From assembly GCF_009914755.1 (NCBI RefSeq), contig NC_060929.1: DNA of 64,000 nt. One strand, written 5' to 3'. This stretch comes from the human T2T-CHM13v2.0 reference genome, Homo sapiens. Of this stretch, positions 38,840 through 53,692 are shown piece by piece. Every line of letters begins with the position of its first letter. Position 1 is the stretch's first letter. The notes beneath the pieces were generated by a model, which ran no database searches, was not told where the DNA came from, and saw only the letters and a list, made by a program, of their open reading frames with translations. The position numbers and the translations under genes were made by a program.

Positions 38840-40142
38840 GGTACACTGAGTGAAGCCACATAGGACCAGAAAAGAAAAATAGACTAGGCTCACTGAGTCT
38901 ATTTGCTCCCTGGAGTTAAACATTAGCTGCTCAGAGAATTCTCCTTGACTCTCAGGAGGAATGTATGGCCGCAGTTCCATGTGGGGAATCAGCCTACATT
39001 ACTTGCTGTCTTAAGCAATGAGTTGCTCAATACCCATTATCTGAGGCCCAACACAGGATTATCCCAGTGGGAAGCTCTGCTAACACAGGTGGCTGAGCAG
39101 CCTGGCAGCAACAAGCCTGTCCTGGAAATATGGAGAACCTCCTGGGAGAAGAGGCAGCAACCTCCAGGTGAGGGAGGCAATAATTCCAGCCAGACTTACC
39201 TACACAAATTTGGAGAGCCCACAGAGCCAGATGCTGCTTTGCCTATGGGAGCTACTGTCATGGAAGAACACATTCTGGATCCAGATCCGAAACATAGTAG
39301 GGTGGGTGGGGCAAGTGGGTAGAAGGGGTGTGGAAGGGCCATCAGGGAAAGAAATAGTACTTTTGTAGGATTAAAAGCTTTTAGTAACTATTTTTCTAGA
39401 TAAGAAATGTAGATATACAGTACTTTTGAAAACTGGTAATTTCCCTCCAATATTTCCCCACTGTCTCCTTTGATACATTGCACTCAGAGCAGCCAAGCTG
39501 TGCTCATGATCACATGGGAGGGAGGTGACAATGGAAAGCAGATAAATGAACTATTGCAGCCAATTGATGAGCACAGAGAGAGGCTGTTTACTGAATGTAG
39601 GCAGATAGGACCTTACACAATATCCCAGAGATCAACTTACCCCAGCACGGCTTGGACTTAGCAGAGAGGACCAATGGACCTGAAGGGCCAGGCACAAAGA
39701 AACAGGAAATCTAAGCTTTGAACAACAGAGACCAAGGACTGAGGACTAGAGGGGAGGATGTACCCCTGCAGGGAGGCATGCTACAGAACACAGAACAAAT
39801 GAAGTCTTACTCCTTTCTACACTGTGGCACTTACTACACAGGTACTTTGAAATTTAGCTATAACTCCAGGGAGAAGGCAGAGATAAAGGCAGCTTGATCA
39901 AGTTTCCACTTTTCCAATAAGAATAAAATAAAAATTAAGTTTGAATATAGACAAAAATAAGGGCATAACTGGTTTGGGATAAGATTATCCCTGCAACAAT
40001 CACATTAAAATAGAGTAAAATTGTAACGTCCACTCCTCTTTCAGAAATGTAAAATGCACATCTTAGAATAGAGGAATACCATCCCCTTTCTATCATTTTA
40101 ATGGTATGCCCCAGGCTTTAGTACCACACCTTGATAGGAGGC

Positions 40143-40975
40143 TGTACTAGTTTTCTAGGGCTGCCATCACAAAGGACTACAAACCAAGTGGCTTTAAACA
40201 ATAGAAATTTATTCTCCCATAGTTTTAGAGGCCAGAAGTCCAAAACTGAGGTGTTAACAGGGCCATGCTCTCTCTGAAGGCTCTAGGAGGGAATGCTTCC
40301 TTGCCTCTTCCTAGCTTCTTATGGTTGCTGGGATCCTCGGTGCCCCATGGCTTGTAGATGAGTCACTCTAATCTCTGCCTTTGTCTTCCCATGGTGTTCT
40401 CCCCTGTGTCTTTGTTTCTGTGTGGTTTTTTCCTCTTCTTATAAAGACATCAATCCTATCCGATTAAGGGCATGATATGGTTCGGCTCTGTGTTGCCACC
40501 CAAATCTCTTCTGGAATGGTAATTCCCATAATTTTGTGTTGAGGGAGAGACCTGGTGGGAGGTGGCTGGATTATGGGGGCAGTTTCCCCCATGCTGTTCT
40601 CATGATAGTGAGTTCTCACAAGATCTGATGGTTTTATAAGTGTGTGACAGTTCCTCCTTCACACACTCTCTCTTTCCTGCTGCTATGTAAGACGTGCCTT
40701 GCTTCCCCTTCACCTTTCACCATAATCGTCAGTTTCCTGAGACCTATCCAGCCATGTGGAATTATGAGTCAATTAAACCTCTTTTGTTTATAAATTACCC
40801 AGTCTCAGGTAGTTTCTTAATAGTAGTGTAAAAATGGACTAATACAGGGCCCATCCTATCCCAGTATGACCTCATCTTAAATATTTATATCTGCAACAAT
40901 CCTATTTCCAGATAAATTCACATTCTGAGATTCTGAGGACATGTATTTTAGTGTAACAGTATTCAACCCTGTACA
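40143..40975 (-). mobile_element. MLT1B/C-like LTR, split by THE1D
   Basis: Antisense MLT1 motifs; 5-bp TSD gaggc/aaggc. Confidence 0.85.
40473..40846 (+). mobile_element. THE1D/MSTA-like solo LTR
   Basis: tgatatggtt...ggactaataca; TSD gggca/gggcc. Confidence 0.9.
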
Positions 40976-42827
40976 AAGGCTGTCGCTACTCTCCCACACA
41001 GTTGTCCCAAATGCATGACTACAATCTCCTTGATTCCCTACAGAGAGAACAGAAACCAAATGGAAACTTGACAATTTCTTTTTACTAAAGGTGCACAGAA
41101 AAGTAATCGTAACACAGCAAAGAAAATGAGTTAGAACTGTACTAATAATGCCTACTTTCTGAGTGGGCAGCTCTAGGCCATCTAGGTGTTTGTCTAACAC
41201 AAGGTGCTATTTTCATGCGCAAGAACCGAATTATTCTCACTCATGGAAGTGTTTTTGACTCTGTGTCCTTGGACAGTGGGCTCTCCTAAGGCCCCCAGAG
41301 AAGCATTTCTCCTTCACTATGGTCCAGCATCTGTCTCCCTGACTTCATTTCCTGCCCTGGGATTAATTTCTTTACAATTGACAATAGGAATGGCCACTCC
41401 CTTCAGGAGAACAGCACCTTTCACCTTCAGAGGAGAGGGATCTTACCTAACAAATAATTCACAACATAATCAGAGAAGAGCTTAACAGTTAAACTTCAGT
41501 ACATTCTGAGGTTTTCAGTTTTAAATGATGCCAAAAGCAAAAACTGGACTTTACTGAGAAAGTGTAGCAGATAAGTGTAACACCCTAGAGTCCAGGGGTC
41601 ATATCTGTCTTTCTCACTGGAATAACTTCCAAGATTAGCAGAATCCTGCACGTAGTATTCAAGCATGATTCACTAAATGGACAAATCAAACTTGAATTGT
41701 TCAAGACTTTTGAATGCTTTTTAATGGTCTCTTTCCAAGTATGAAGTAAAGATTATTCCCGTTGTATTTTTCAAATACTAATTTTCTATATACAGCTCTC
41801 AACACTTACCTCCTCTCTTCCCTGAACTTGCAGCTATCTAACTGCATACAGAGAAAAGGAGCATTAACATCCTCCCTTCTGATAGTGCAACAAAGTTTGA
41901 AGAGACACAATCCTGGTTAAAGTATAAAACAACCATGTCAATTACAAAATAGAACCTTCAGGTAGAAAGGACCCATCTATTTTCCCCAAAGGAAAAATCT
42001 GCCCCAAGTCCCCAACTCCTTTGAACTCCTTTAAAGGGTACTTTTCCAGGCTTCTCTACTTCTCATTCTTGTACCAGATCCTTCCCTCTTCCTGTCCCAC
42101 CAGGTAACTCAGCATTTGAGTGGGCAGCAGCCTGTCACCCACATAATCTCACAGGGTACTGGACCCAACAGTCCATGACTCCAATTTACCTGGTCACCTG
42201 ATTCAAAGTTAGGTTGGCCAAAGCTGACCTCCAACTTATGCCTGCTCTTGACTTCTTAGTCCTCTCCAAATTCTCCTTGTGCTGACGTTTGCACCCATTT
42301 CTGCCTGCTCTGTCTTGCTCTTGTAATCTAACCTCAGTGTCTGCCTCTCTGCCTTGACTCCATTCTGGCTCAGCTTTCCCTCAGGGTTTCCTCTGGCCCT
42401 GTGTCCATCCAGTCCTTCTAAGATTACCAGTGACTCCAGCTTTGGTCTATGAGTTCTCATAGTAACACACTCTTCCTGGCCATGCTCACCCAGGGCACTG
42501 GACTTCTGCCCCCTGCTGCACTCCTCTCTGGGAGCTCCATTCCCTCACTCATAGTTTGTTTCTGTTATACAAAGGCTGATTCTTACTTTCCTTTTCCAGT
42601 TATCCTATCTATTTAATAAAGTCATCAGATGGATCACCAAATTACTGAACACAATTTAGATAAACATTTTATAAGCCAAAACTACCCAGATTTATTGTCA
42701 ACAATTGCATCCTATTTTTATTTTATTTCATGATAAGAGTATGCTCCTCAATTTAAAATCAATCTTTGCATCCAGGCAAGTGAAACTTAAACTAAAATTT
42801 CAAGATTCATTTTCTCCTTGAGAAAAA

Positions 42828-43095
42828 GCAGTATGGTGTAATGGCTGATGGTATCAGAGTATGGACTCTGTAGGCAGATGACATGGCCTAGTTTGCATTT
42901 CAGATCGGTCACTTACTGTATGTGTGACCTCTAGAACAAGTTACCGAACCTATGCCGGGGATAATATCATGTTGGGGATAATATCATTTCCAACCTCAAA
43001 GGCCTATTGTAAACTTTAAATGCCTTCGTACGTGTAAAGTACTGGGAACAGAACTTAGGGCATAAAAAGCTGGTGAATACTAGCTACCATTATTG
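42828..43095 (+). mobile_element. MIR with small internal duplication (ggggataatatcat x2)
   Basis: gcagtatggtgtaatgg...tgtgtgacct...caagttac...cgtgtaaagtact. Confidence 0.7.
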
Positions 43096-43750
43096 TTCTT
43101 GATCAACAGCTTAGTATACTGCAGTCAGCAGCTCAGAGATCACCCATGAACTCTAACAACACTCTCAAAACCTTTTGACAAGCAATTAAGATAGATAATG
43201 ACTACTTTGTAACAAACATAAAGTAGTTTTCTTACTGGATGAAAAGAATGTAACCCTGCCATTATGGCTTGTAGTAGCTGGAAAAGCAACCTGGATCAGT
43301 CCATCGATTACTGGAGAGACTCTGATCTTACTTAGTATCTTACTCATAATCTATCTAGGATAGACTCACAGATAGATTTTTTGTTGCTGTTAATCATGCC
43401 TAGAAATTACCGTCCCCCTTGCTCTTGGTCTTCCTTCCTTTTTCTACCCTCTCCCTACGACTACTTTTATTCCTGACAAACAGTCCATGGAGCCTCACAT
43501 CTTCCAGCATGGAACACCTCCTAGCAAATGAACCACATTCCTTTACAAGACTCATTACTTCTCACAGCAAACATCTGATGCAAAAAGTAGGCTCAAGGGG
43601 CAGAGATTCTGATCCTGTCTCCTCTGGAATGATGGAGTAGGAAAAATACAAGGAGCTATCATTTCTGGCAGAGCCAGGACATCATAACCAAAGCATCAAT
43701 TTCCCTTTTAAAGATACTTTAGAGCAATCAGCATTTTTTCCCAGACATTA

Positions 43751-44386
43751 CAGTCTGGGAAATCCTCATTATTTGTGGATTCCATATTTGGGAAGTTGCC
43801 TACTCACTTAAATTTATTTGTAACCCTGAAATCAGTATTTGCAGCATGTCTGTGATCATTAGTGGTCATTAGCACAGTGTGGCAAAAAAAAATTCGAGTT
43901 GCCGCACGTGCAAGTGCACAGCTGAGGTCAAACAAGGCAATATTCTACCTCTTTGTTTCAGCTCTTACCGTAAACAAGTGTCCTTTTCATGATCTATTTA
44001 GTACCACGTTATTTGAATTTTTGTGCTTTTTGTTGGTGATTTTGCTGTTTAAAATGGTCCCCAAGTGTAATACAGAAACTCTATCTAGTGTTCCTGAGCA
44101 CAAGAGGGCTGCTATGTGCCTTATGGAGAAAATGGATAAGCTTCATTCATGCTGTTGGCCATGAGTCCAAAGTTAATGAATCAATGATACATATTAAATA
44201 CGTTATCTTTAAAAAGAAACACATATAAGACAAGGTTATGTTTTGATCAGCTGACAAAAATACTGTTATCACAGGCTTATAGGAATCTGACTCTTTATTT
44301 CCTGTGGGAGTAATCATTCAATGTTCAATTAACTTGGCGTTCATGGAAACTTTACAGATTTACAGTGAAGAAGAAGAATCAAGTGT
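43751..44386 (+). mobile_element. MER82 (TcMar-Tigger) DNA transposon, near full length
   Basis: Colinear with recalled MER82 (atcctcattatttgtggattcc...cagctgaggtcaaacaaggc...ccatgagtccaaagttaatgaatcaa); TA flanks. Confidence 0.85.
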
Positions 44387-45004
44387 ACATCCCAATCTGA
44401 ACTACTGCATTCAAAGAAAAATTACCACTGCTAGCCACTCTACAAGAATAGCACAGTAAGTTGTCAAAACAAAACTATTCCTTCAATTTACTCCTTACAT
44501 AAAGGGAAACACTGTGATAGCCTTTTGTGATAAATAAAGATGCCTAATATACCTTACCTGAAAAAAGACTACGAAATACCAAAAACAAAATATAGTTTAA
44601 GGATAGGGATAAAAGATAAAACAAAAACAGTTCTTGAAATACTGTTCCCTCTCTTTTCTACCTACTGATTATCAAAGTACAGTTCAGAAGACAACCAGGA
44701 AGTTGTTGCCTTCTCTCTGCTACTCCAAACTACAGCAGACATGAAGTCGTACTGGCAAGGAGATCAAAGTGTCTGTCTGTCTGCCATGTTCCAGGTCCAC
44801 AGAAAGAGAATTCAGTAGACACATATCTCCCATCCCTTCCAACTGGCAAAAACGTTGGAGAGAAGAGCTAAAGTAGGCATGCCTTTCTCTACCACACACC
44901 ACTCATCACCCAACTACTCTGTCCTAGTGGAGGGGAGTCACAATTATAGGGATGGGCCCCGACTCTGAAGACAGAGAAGAGAGGCAGGTGACCTCATGCA
45001 AACA

Positions 45005-45610
45005 TTAGGAGTACCCAGGTCCACCCTCACTTCTGAAACCTAATGCAAGTTTGGAGTTGCCCAAGGCCACTCTCACTTCTGGTACTCACTGCAAGTTTGA
45101 GGGTCCCTGAGACCACACTCATGCCCCAAAATTCACTAGAAGGACTCAGAGGACACAATAAAACCATTATACTTTTGGTTATAGTACAGTGAAAGGATAC
45201 AGATTAAAAATCAGCCAAAGGGAGAGGCACATAGGGCAAGGTCGAGATTTCTGGGTATGGATATGTCATATAATGTCTTCAATAAGTCTTCAGTAAAATC
45301 CACAAAGTACATTTATGTTTTATAAAACACATTTCTTTTTTGGGGTAGGGAGCAAACCCTGATTCTTGCTTTAAGGTTGTTGCTGGGAGAAACCACAGAA
45401 TAACTATGGGATCCCAGAAATCTCTGGGTTACCAAGAAATAAATGGACATCAAACTTTTCTTTCACAAAGGAATTGTAAATAGGCATTCAATTGCAAAGG
45501 AAGAAACTGATGAAGATCATATGGGAAGTTATTAATCAGTCATTTTTCTGGTTATTTAATTATCTTGTTATAATCTAGAGTATAACACCTGGGTGAAAGC
45601 CCAACATCAC
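45005..45610 (-). mobile_element. MER21/MER77-like LTR fragment plus probable internal sequence
   Basis: tgcaagtttgagggtccctgagaccacactc...tacagtgaaaggatacagattaaaaatcagccaaaggga. Confidence 0.65.
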
Positions 45611-45617
45611 ACCTTTT

Positions 45618-45976
45618 TGTTTTAGTTTGCTCAAGCTGCCATTACAAAGTACCACAGACTGAGTGGCTTACACAACAGAAATTTATTTCTTATAGTTCTG
45701 GAGGCTACAATTCCAAGATCAAGGTGTCAGCAGAATTGATTTCTTCTGAGGCCTCTCTCATTGGCTTGTAGATGGCTGTCTTCTCCACATCTTCACATGG
45801 TCTTTCCTCTGTACCTGTTTGTGTCCTCCTCTGCGCACTGTAAACAGTGTGCAGTAAACTGCACTGTAACAGGCTCTGTAAACAGCCTGTCTCCAAATAG
45901 AGTCACATTCTGAAGTATTAGGGGGTTAGGATTTTAACATATAAATTTTGGGGATGACATAGTTCTGCTCCTAACA
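45618..45976 (-). mobile_element. MLT1A-like LTR with internal replacement
   Basis: Antisense MLT1A motifs; perfect 5-bp TSD CTTTT (45613-45617, 45977-45981). Confidence 0.88.
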
Positions 45977-47084
45977 CTTTTACATTTGATGAATGCAAGC
46001 CTATTATTAATATTAGCATTTCAGACAGGACATCTAGGAATGGGATTGATAATAAAAGCTTCAATGTTTCTGGACCAGAGCATGCCATATCTGTTTTAAA
46101 ACCAATTTAGAGGCTGACCTAACATAATCCCACCAAAGGAATGTAAATCTACATTCTGTTATCCTCTAAATAGATTCTAGCTTATTTACAACTATGTCTT
46201 CCTTCCTAGACATGTCTATGTGTTATATCACCACAATAATATACTCACTACTTCTTAGCCTGCATTTTTAACACCGTGTGTGGACTCTGAATTAGATTTT
46301 TGGTAAATTCAGTACAACATTTTGTAGGATAGCAGAACTAATTTTTGTTTTGTTTTGCTTTTGTGTTAAGAGTACTTGTCTCAAAGATCGATTCCATGAG
46401 ACATCATTTTATTACCATAAAAATAGTTATATTAACTTAGCTTCACAAAAGTTATTTTCTTATGGTAACCATCTTAGCAAACATTGTTAGCCAGGATTTA
46501 ATTGCTATTTGTTAATAAAATTTCAATCCTGATGCTTACCATAAAATGTTTATATTTTTTAATATTTTTATTTCGAATGACACCAAATAACACTAAAATA
46601 AAAATGATTCATATTCTGAATTTTCTCACTTAAAAAAATCTCATGAGAGTCGCCTTTCCATCTGAAAAGTGAAAGTCATGGTCACATGTGATGCAGTCAT
46701 TGCTTTGGTTCCCTGGTGCGGCTTAAAAACAGTCCCTAAAATAGGCGCTTTTGCTCTTCCTGGTGTCTTGCCTGCATCATACTAACTACATCTGCAACAC
46801 TGCAGGTGTCTTTTTTTCATTGCAAAGCAGTTTGTGCTATCAAATAGCAGCAAGTGTGACTCAAGACTGAAAATCAGGGACAGGGTACAAAATAATTGCA
46901 AAGAAATCTGAAATGATATAGAAGTTGATATTCTTCTTTAAAGACTTCTAAAGCACTAGTTTTAAAAAAAAACAGAATCAGATAATGGTACTAAAAAACC
47001 CTTGAAAATAGAGTTTTATACTCCAGATTTGGTCAAAATATTTTACTGTCATCACCCATATAATTAAGAGGCTGTACATAAAAG

Positions 47085-47310
47085 AGATTAAGAACATGGA
47101 CTCAAAAGTCAGAATGCCTGAGGTCAAATCCTGTATTCATCTCATAGTAGTAGTCAACACTAGGCAAGTTACTGGAACTGTCCATTTCTCAGTTTCCTTG
47201 ACTGTAAAATGTGACTAAGTCTAGTAATTATATTGTAAGGCTGTTTTGAAACTGAATCAGTTAAAGCACTAAGAACAGCATCTGGCACTAGGCAGCACTC
47301 AATAAATGGG
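47085..47310 (+). mobile_element. MIR
   Basis: ggcaagttact...ctcagtttccttgactgtaaaatg...aaagcactaagaacagcatctggcac. Confidence 0.75.
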
Positions 47311-47559
47311 GTTAAAAGTATTATCCTCTCCCCTTTCTCCCCTTTGATCTCCTATACATATGTGGCTCCCATCTCATCACTGCTGTCTCCTGTAGTCCTC
47401 TTTCCTTTTTTCCATTTTCAGCTTTCTAGGCAGCTATGACAACTGGCTCCTCTTTTGCATCTCCACTCTGTCCTCTGGCAAGTTCAATATTATATGAATA
47501 AAGCTGCCTGCTATTAGTCATTTCCATATTAATAATAGCTAACATTTTTGAGCATTCAT

Positions 47560-49590
<2,031 letters not shown>

Positions 49591-49610
49591 GTTTCTTATA
49601 AAGAACTTTT

Positions 49611-49780
49611 TTTTTATTATACTTTAAGTTTTAGGGTACATGTGCACAACGTGCAGGTTTGTTACATATGTATACATGTGCCATGTTGGTGTGCTGCACC
49701 CATTAACTCGTCATTTAACATTAGGTATATCTCCTAATGCTATCCCTCACCCCTCCCCCCACCCCACAACAGGCCCTGGT
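49611..49780 (-). mobile_element. Short young L1PA3/4-like 3' fragment
   Basis: Near-consensus L1PA 3' end; 9-bp TSD agaactttt (49602-49610, 49781-49789) at a TT/AAAA site. Confidence 0.93.
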
Positions 49781-49799
49781 AGAACTTTTAAAGTAACAG

Positions 49800-49905
49800 G
49801 AGAAAGGAAGAGAAGAAAGGATAAAAAGGAAAAAGAAGAAAAAGGAAAAAGAAGAAAAATGAAAAAGGAAAGAAGAAACAGAAGAAAAGAGGAAAGTCAG
49901 AAAGA
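49800..49905 (+). repeat. GA-rich low-complexity tract
   Basis: About 100 bp almost purely purine. Confidence 0.85.
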
Positions 49906-50392
49906 ATACAAGGGTTTGTTTTGTTGAAAGTGACATACTGTAATCTCAAAATAAATTAACCACAAAAATGAAATTGTTGACACAGAGAACTAGGAATGTA
50001 AGAACTGAATCTGGCTTTAGGATAGTTGGATCCAGGGTCTTACATGATATCATTAGGACACTATGTCTCTATTTCACAGCCCTTCACAGCCCTGTTTTCC
50101 TCAGGATCTGCTTCATTCTCAATCAGAACGTTTGCAAAAAAAGAGGGAAGGTGATCACCAATTTAGCAAGCTCATTTAGACAGCATCAGCAAGTTTCTTA
50201 CATTTACTGTAGATTGGCTCACCTTGGATCTTGTGCCCAACCCTAACCAATCACTGTAACCAAGGACAAGTTGTATATACAGTAAGCAGACCCAGGACAC
50301 ATTGCCATTCCCAAAGCTAAGGAGCATGTGAGCCCTACCTGACACAAATGGACTAAGAGTGGAAAAGAGGAGACTCTCCAAAGAGATTTTGA

Positions 50393-50393
<1 letters not shown>

Positions 50394-50427
<34 letters not shown>
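50394..50427. repeat. (CA)n microsatellite
   Basis: About 17 perfect CA units. Confidence 0.97.
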
Positions 50428-50429
<2 letters not shown>

Positions 50430-53400
50430 AGAAAATAAATTTGAACGAGCTAGTGAGCAGGATAATCTAATAATATAGAGTTGCCAATTCTGCTAATCAT
50501 CCATTGGTGAGATTTTGTCAAGTTAATTCAATTTTATTTTTGCTTTAGTTTCTTTCTAAAAAAAAAAAAATGGGCATAGAATTTATGCCACCAGCTGCTC
50601 CCAAAAAACAAGATCCTCAAATGAACCTTAACAAAGTACTGCCAACATCACAAATGGCAAATGTTTGAAGTGTGGGCCCTACACTGAAGTTCTTCACAAT
50701 GTTAATCTATACATGTATGAAGATTTTCATTTTAAAGCCTTTCATGTTAAATATTGTTTGATCTGAATAACAAAACCAGAAAATACAAAGTTTTTCATTT
50801 TATATATGATGCATTTGTTTTTCAGGCCACAGTAAAAGATAATCCCCTGAAAACTCCTTCTCATTTGTCACATGGGATTGGTCATTTCCTCCCCTCCTAT
50901 TCTTATTCTTTCTAGTAAAGTCACATGTAAAGAAAGCCCAGGGACGTCCCTCAGTACAGCCTCTATCAGGGCCTCTTTTTAAGAGGCTGACACCCGTGTA
51001 GAGGGCATTGAATTTCCTCTTTACTTTTCTTTCCCAACAAAAAATAAATTCCTTTTGGCCCCAGGCCCACCACTACCTAAGCCTTCTAATTTGGGCAGAA
51101 TTAGGCCAATCAGGAACCCTGCTAGGAGAAGATCAGGTCTATAATGTTACTGTTACAAGAGCAGCCACATCTTCCTCCAAAATTATCTCTGCTTCTTCCA
51201 GTTTTGTAGTCAACCAATTAGGAAACCAAAACCAACCAACCAAGAAAATATAATAATTCCTATAAATAATAAAAATAAGAATATACTAGTCTCCTCACAA
51301 CTATTCCAATGTTTTTCTACAGCATAATTTAGTTAATGAGTTTTAACTCTCCTAGGACAATGGCTATTTGTAAGATTCCAAATCACAGTTTATACTTTTC
51401 ACGTTCTTAACAAAAATAACTTTGACATTTTAAAAGGTATAAATTCAAAGAAATAATGTATAACTATAGAAGTCCCTATTTTTGTATCCACTCCTCCACA
51501 ATATCTCATAGTTGTCTGTACACAGTAGCTACTTAAAAACACTTTCTTAAGTAAAACATTGTCTTAGGAGATCCTACATACTAAACTTGCTAGAGAAAAA
51601 ACCTTTTTGATTCAGATTTTATTAATTCAGATTCAATGTTCTTTCAATTAAGAACTGAACTAAATTATCTATCTTAGTACTATTAATAAGAAATATGACA
51701 TAATAAATAATGGGTAATATTCAATTGTATTATATAAAGAGGGAGGGTATTTATTGACTTTGAAAAAGAGTTTATGTTTTTACATTTATATATAAATTGT
51801 ATTATGCAATTATAATAGATACCATTTTTTGAGAGCTTATTGGAAGTGCAAGGAATTATGCTAATGCTAACTGCCTTAAATTTTATTAAATTATCACAAC
51901 AAACCTATGAGGTAATGTAATCTGTTCTTTACAGATACAAAAACTAAATTAGAAAGAGAAATCATCCACGTGGTATCTATAGAGGTTCGAATACCTATAA
52001 ATATTAGCCTATTAATTAATACTATACTCTTCCTCCTTCTAAGAGGTGAGTGCTCTTCAGAATGGCACATGAATGCAGTGATTTTAAATTCTTGTTGTAC
52101 ATAAAGTAGGACATCTTCGCAAGCAATATTTGATAGCATATTTTAGTTATCTTGTACATTAGAAAGTAATTAAACATATTCCTCCTTGATCTTACAAATG
52201 TCTTCCTCTGAGTTACTGAGACTCCTAGACTTCTCTGCCCCATTTACTACCAGTTAGCAAGTTCACACGCTATATTCTACACCTGTAAACCTCACTCACA
52301 TTTCTCATAATTTCTAATCCAATCGTTGCTGCCACCTCAGTTTCCAAGAACCATATTAAATTATTTGAATATCTGTATTTGTTAGAAAATCCATTTGTTA
52401 GTCCCAATTTTTGAATAATAAAAAGAAATTGCTGTTGAAAGAGGTAGGAAACTAATCTTCCTGATAAATCCAGACATATTTAATTTCCCACAAAAGCCTC
52501 ATTCTAGTAATTTCATCTTTCCTGTAATGCTATTTCCCTGGTGGAAAGATCAGGTCAACGTGTTCCACATTTTTGGACAGTTTTGTATTTTGGATCAGAA
52601 ATGTATGGCAGCGAACAGCTGTGGAGAAAATAGACTGCAGTGTGCTGGATAAATGCTAGCCAAGTCTCACTGAAATGAATTCCCACTATTTTAGAAAAAC
52701 AACCATGCAAACTATATGCCTCATGTCTTCATTGTAACTCAACTCTGGCCTATGCCATACATATAAGAGAAACACTTTGGCAGTATTTGGTTCTATATCA
52801 ACTATCTACAGGCTAGAATCTATCCTGAATATTTCAATTCTATTGAGTTCAAAAATCATGTGTCCTATGTACCCAGTAGAGACAAAAACAAGAGCCCCTC
52901 CCTGACAACTGTGCCTAACGGCCATGCAAAAGTGAGTTGGTTGTCCAAGACATGCCTTTATGGAAAAAATTTCGAAACACCAGAACAAATCCAACACTTC
53001 TCTCTCCTGCCCTATCAGTCTGTCACCTTTCTCAAGCATAGAACAGCTCACTGTAAGTAGATGAAATGTTCCCAGCTGTGTCTGACTCATATCATGACTA
53101 TGAGTCTTTCCAGTGTGGGAAAAATATGAACTTAATCAATTCCCCATGTATAAGGCATTTCCAATTTTTTCTCATCCTCTCTAGAGAACAAGAAAGTCAC
53201 CTAACTTGAAGACTTGGTGACCAAAACTCATCCAGCAAAGATAAATAACAAAGAACAATATTGCTGATTAATCTCTTCCCAGGATGTACAAAGAGAAAAC
53301 ACAAGGAAAAACAATGAAACCATGGAACCTGAGCAAGAAAACTAAAGTCATAGTAAAGTAACTAAAGACAAATAAAGGAAAAAACAAAATGAAATTCTGG

Positions 53401-53692
53401 AAACCCTTTCTTTCTTTGTTTCCTCAACCAGCAATTTCCCATAGCAATCTATTCCAATCACAAATAATAATCCTGCTGGCCAACCAAGGCAATTAAAGCA
53501 TATTTATTGCCCACCACAAATGCTGTCATGTTAAATATGCTATAAAATGGGCTGAAAACATGGAACATGTGGGCCACACCATTGAATGAGACAAAGAGTT
53601 GAGGTGATTGCAGCTTGCATCAACAGTGGGTCAAAAACTGCAGTCTAGTGCACAGGAAAAGACATTCAAAATTAAAAGCCCTAGGGATTTTT

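Noticed and set aside
38945-39322. 125-aa ORF downstream of an LTR
   Set aside because: TTG start, no recognisable domain, and the adjacent LTR points away from it.
49640-49936. K/R/E-rich and F/S-rich ORFs
   Set aside because: Translation of an L1 3' fragment plus a GA-rich low-complexity tract.
53084-53106. Small hairpin gactcata...tatgagtc (similar one at 57300-57322)
   Set aside because: 8-bp stems with 7-nt loops are expected by chance in 64 kb, and there is no consensus context to show a rearrangement.
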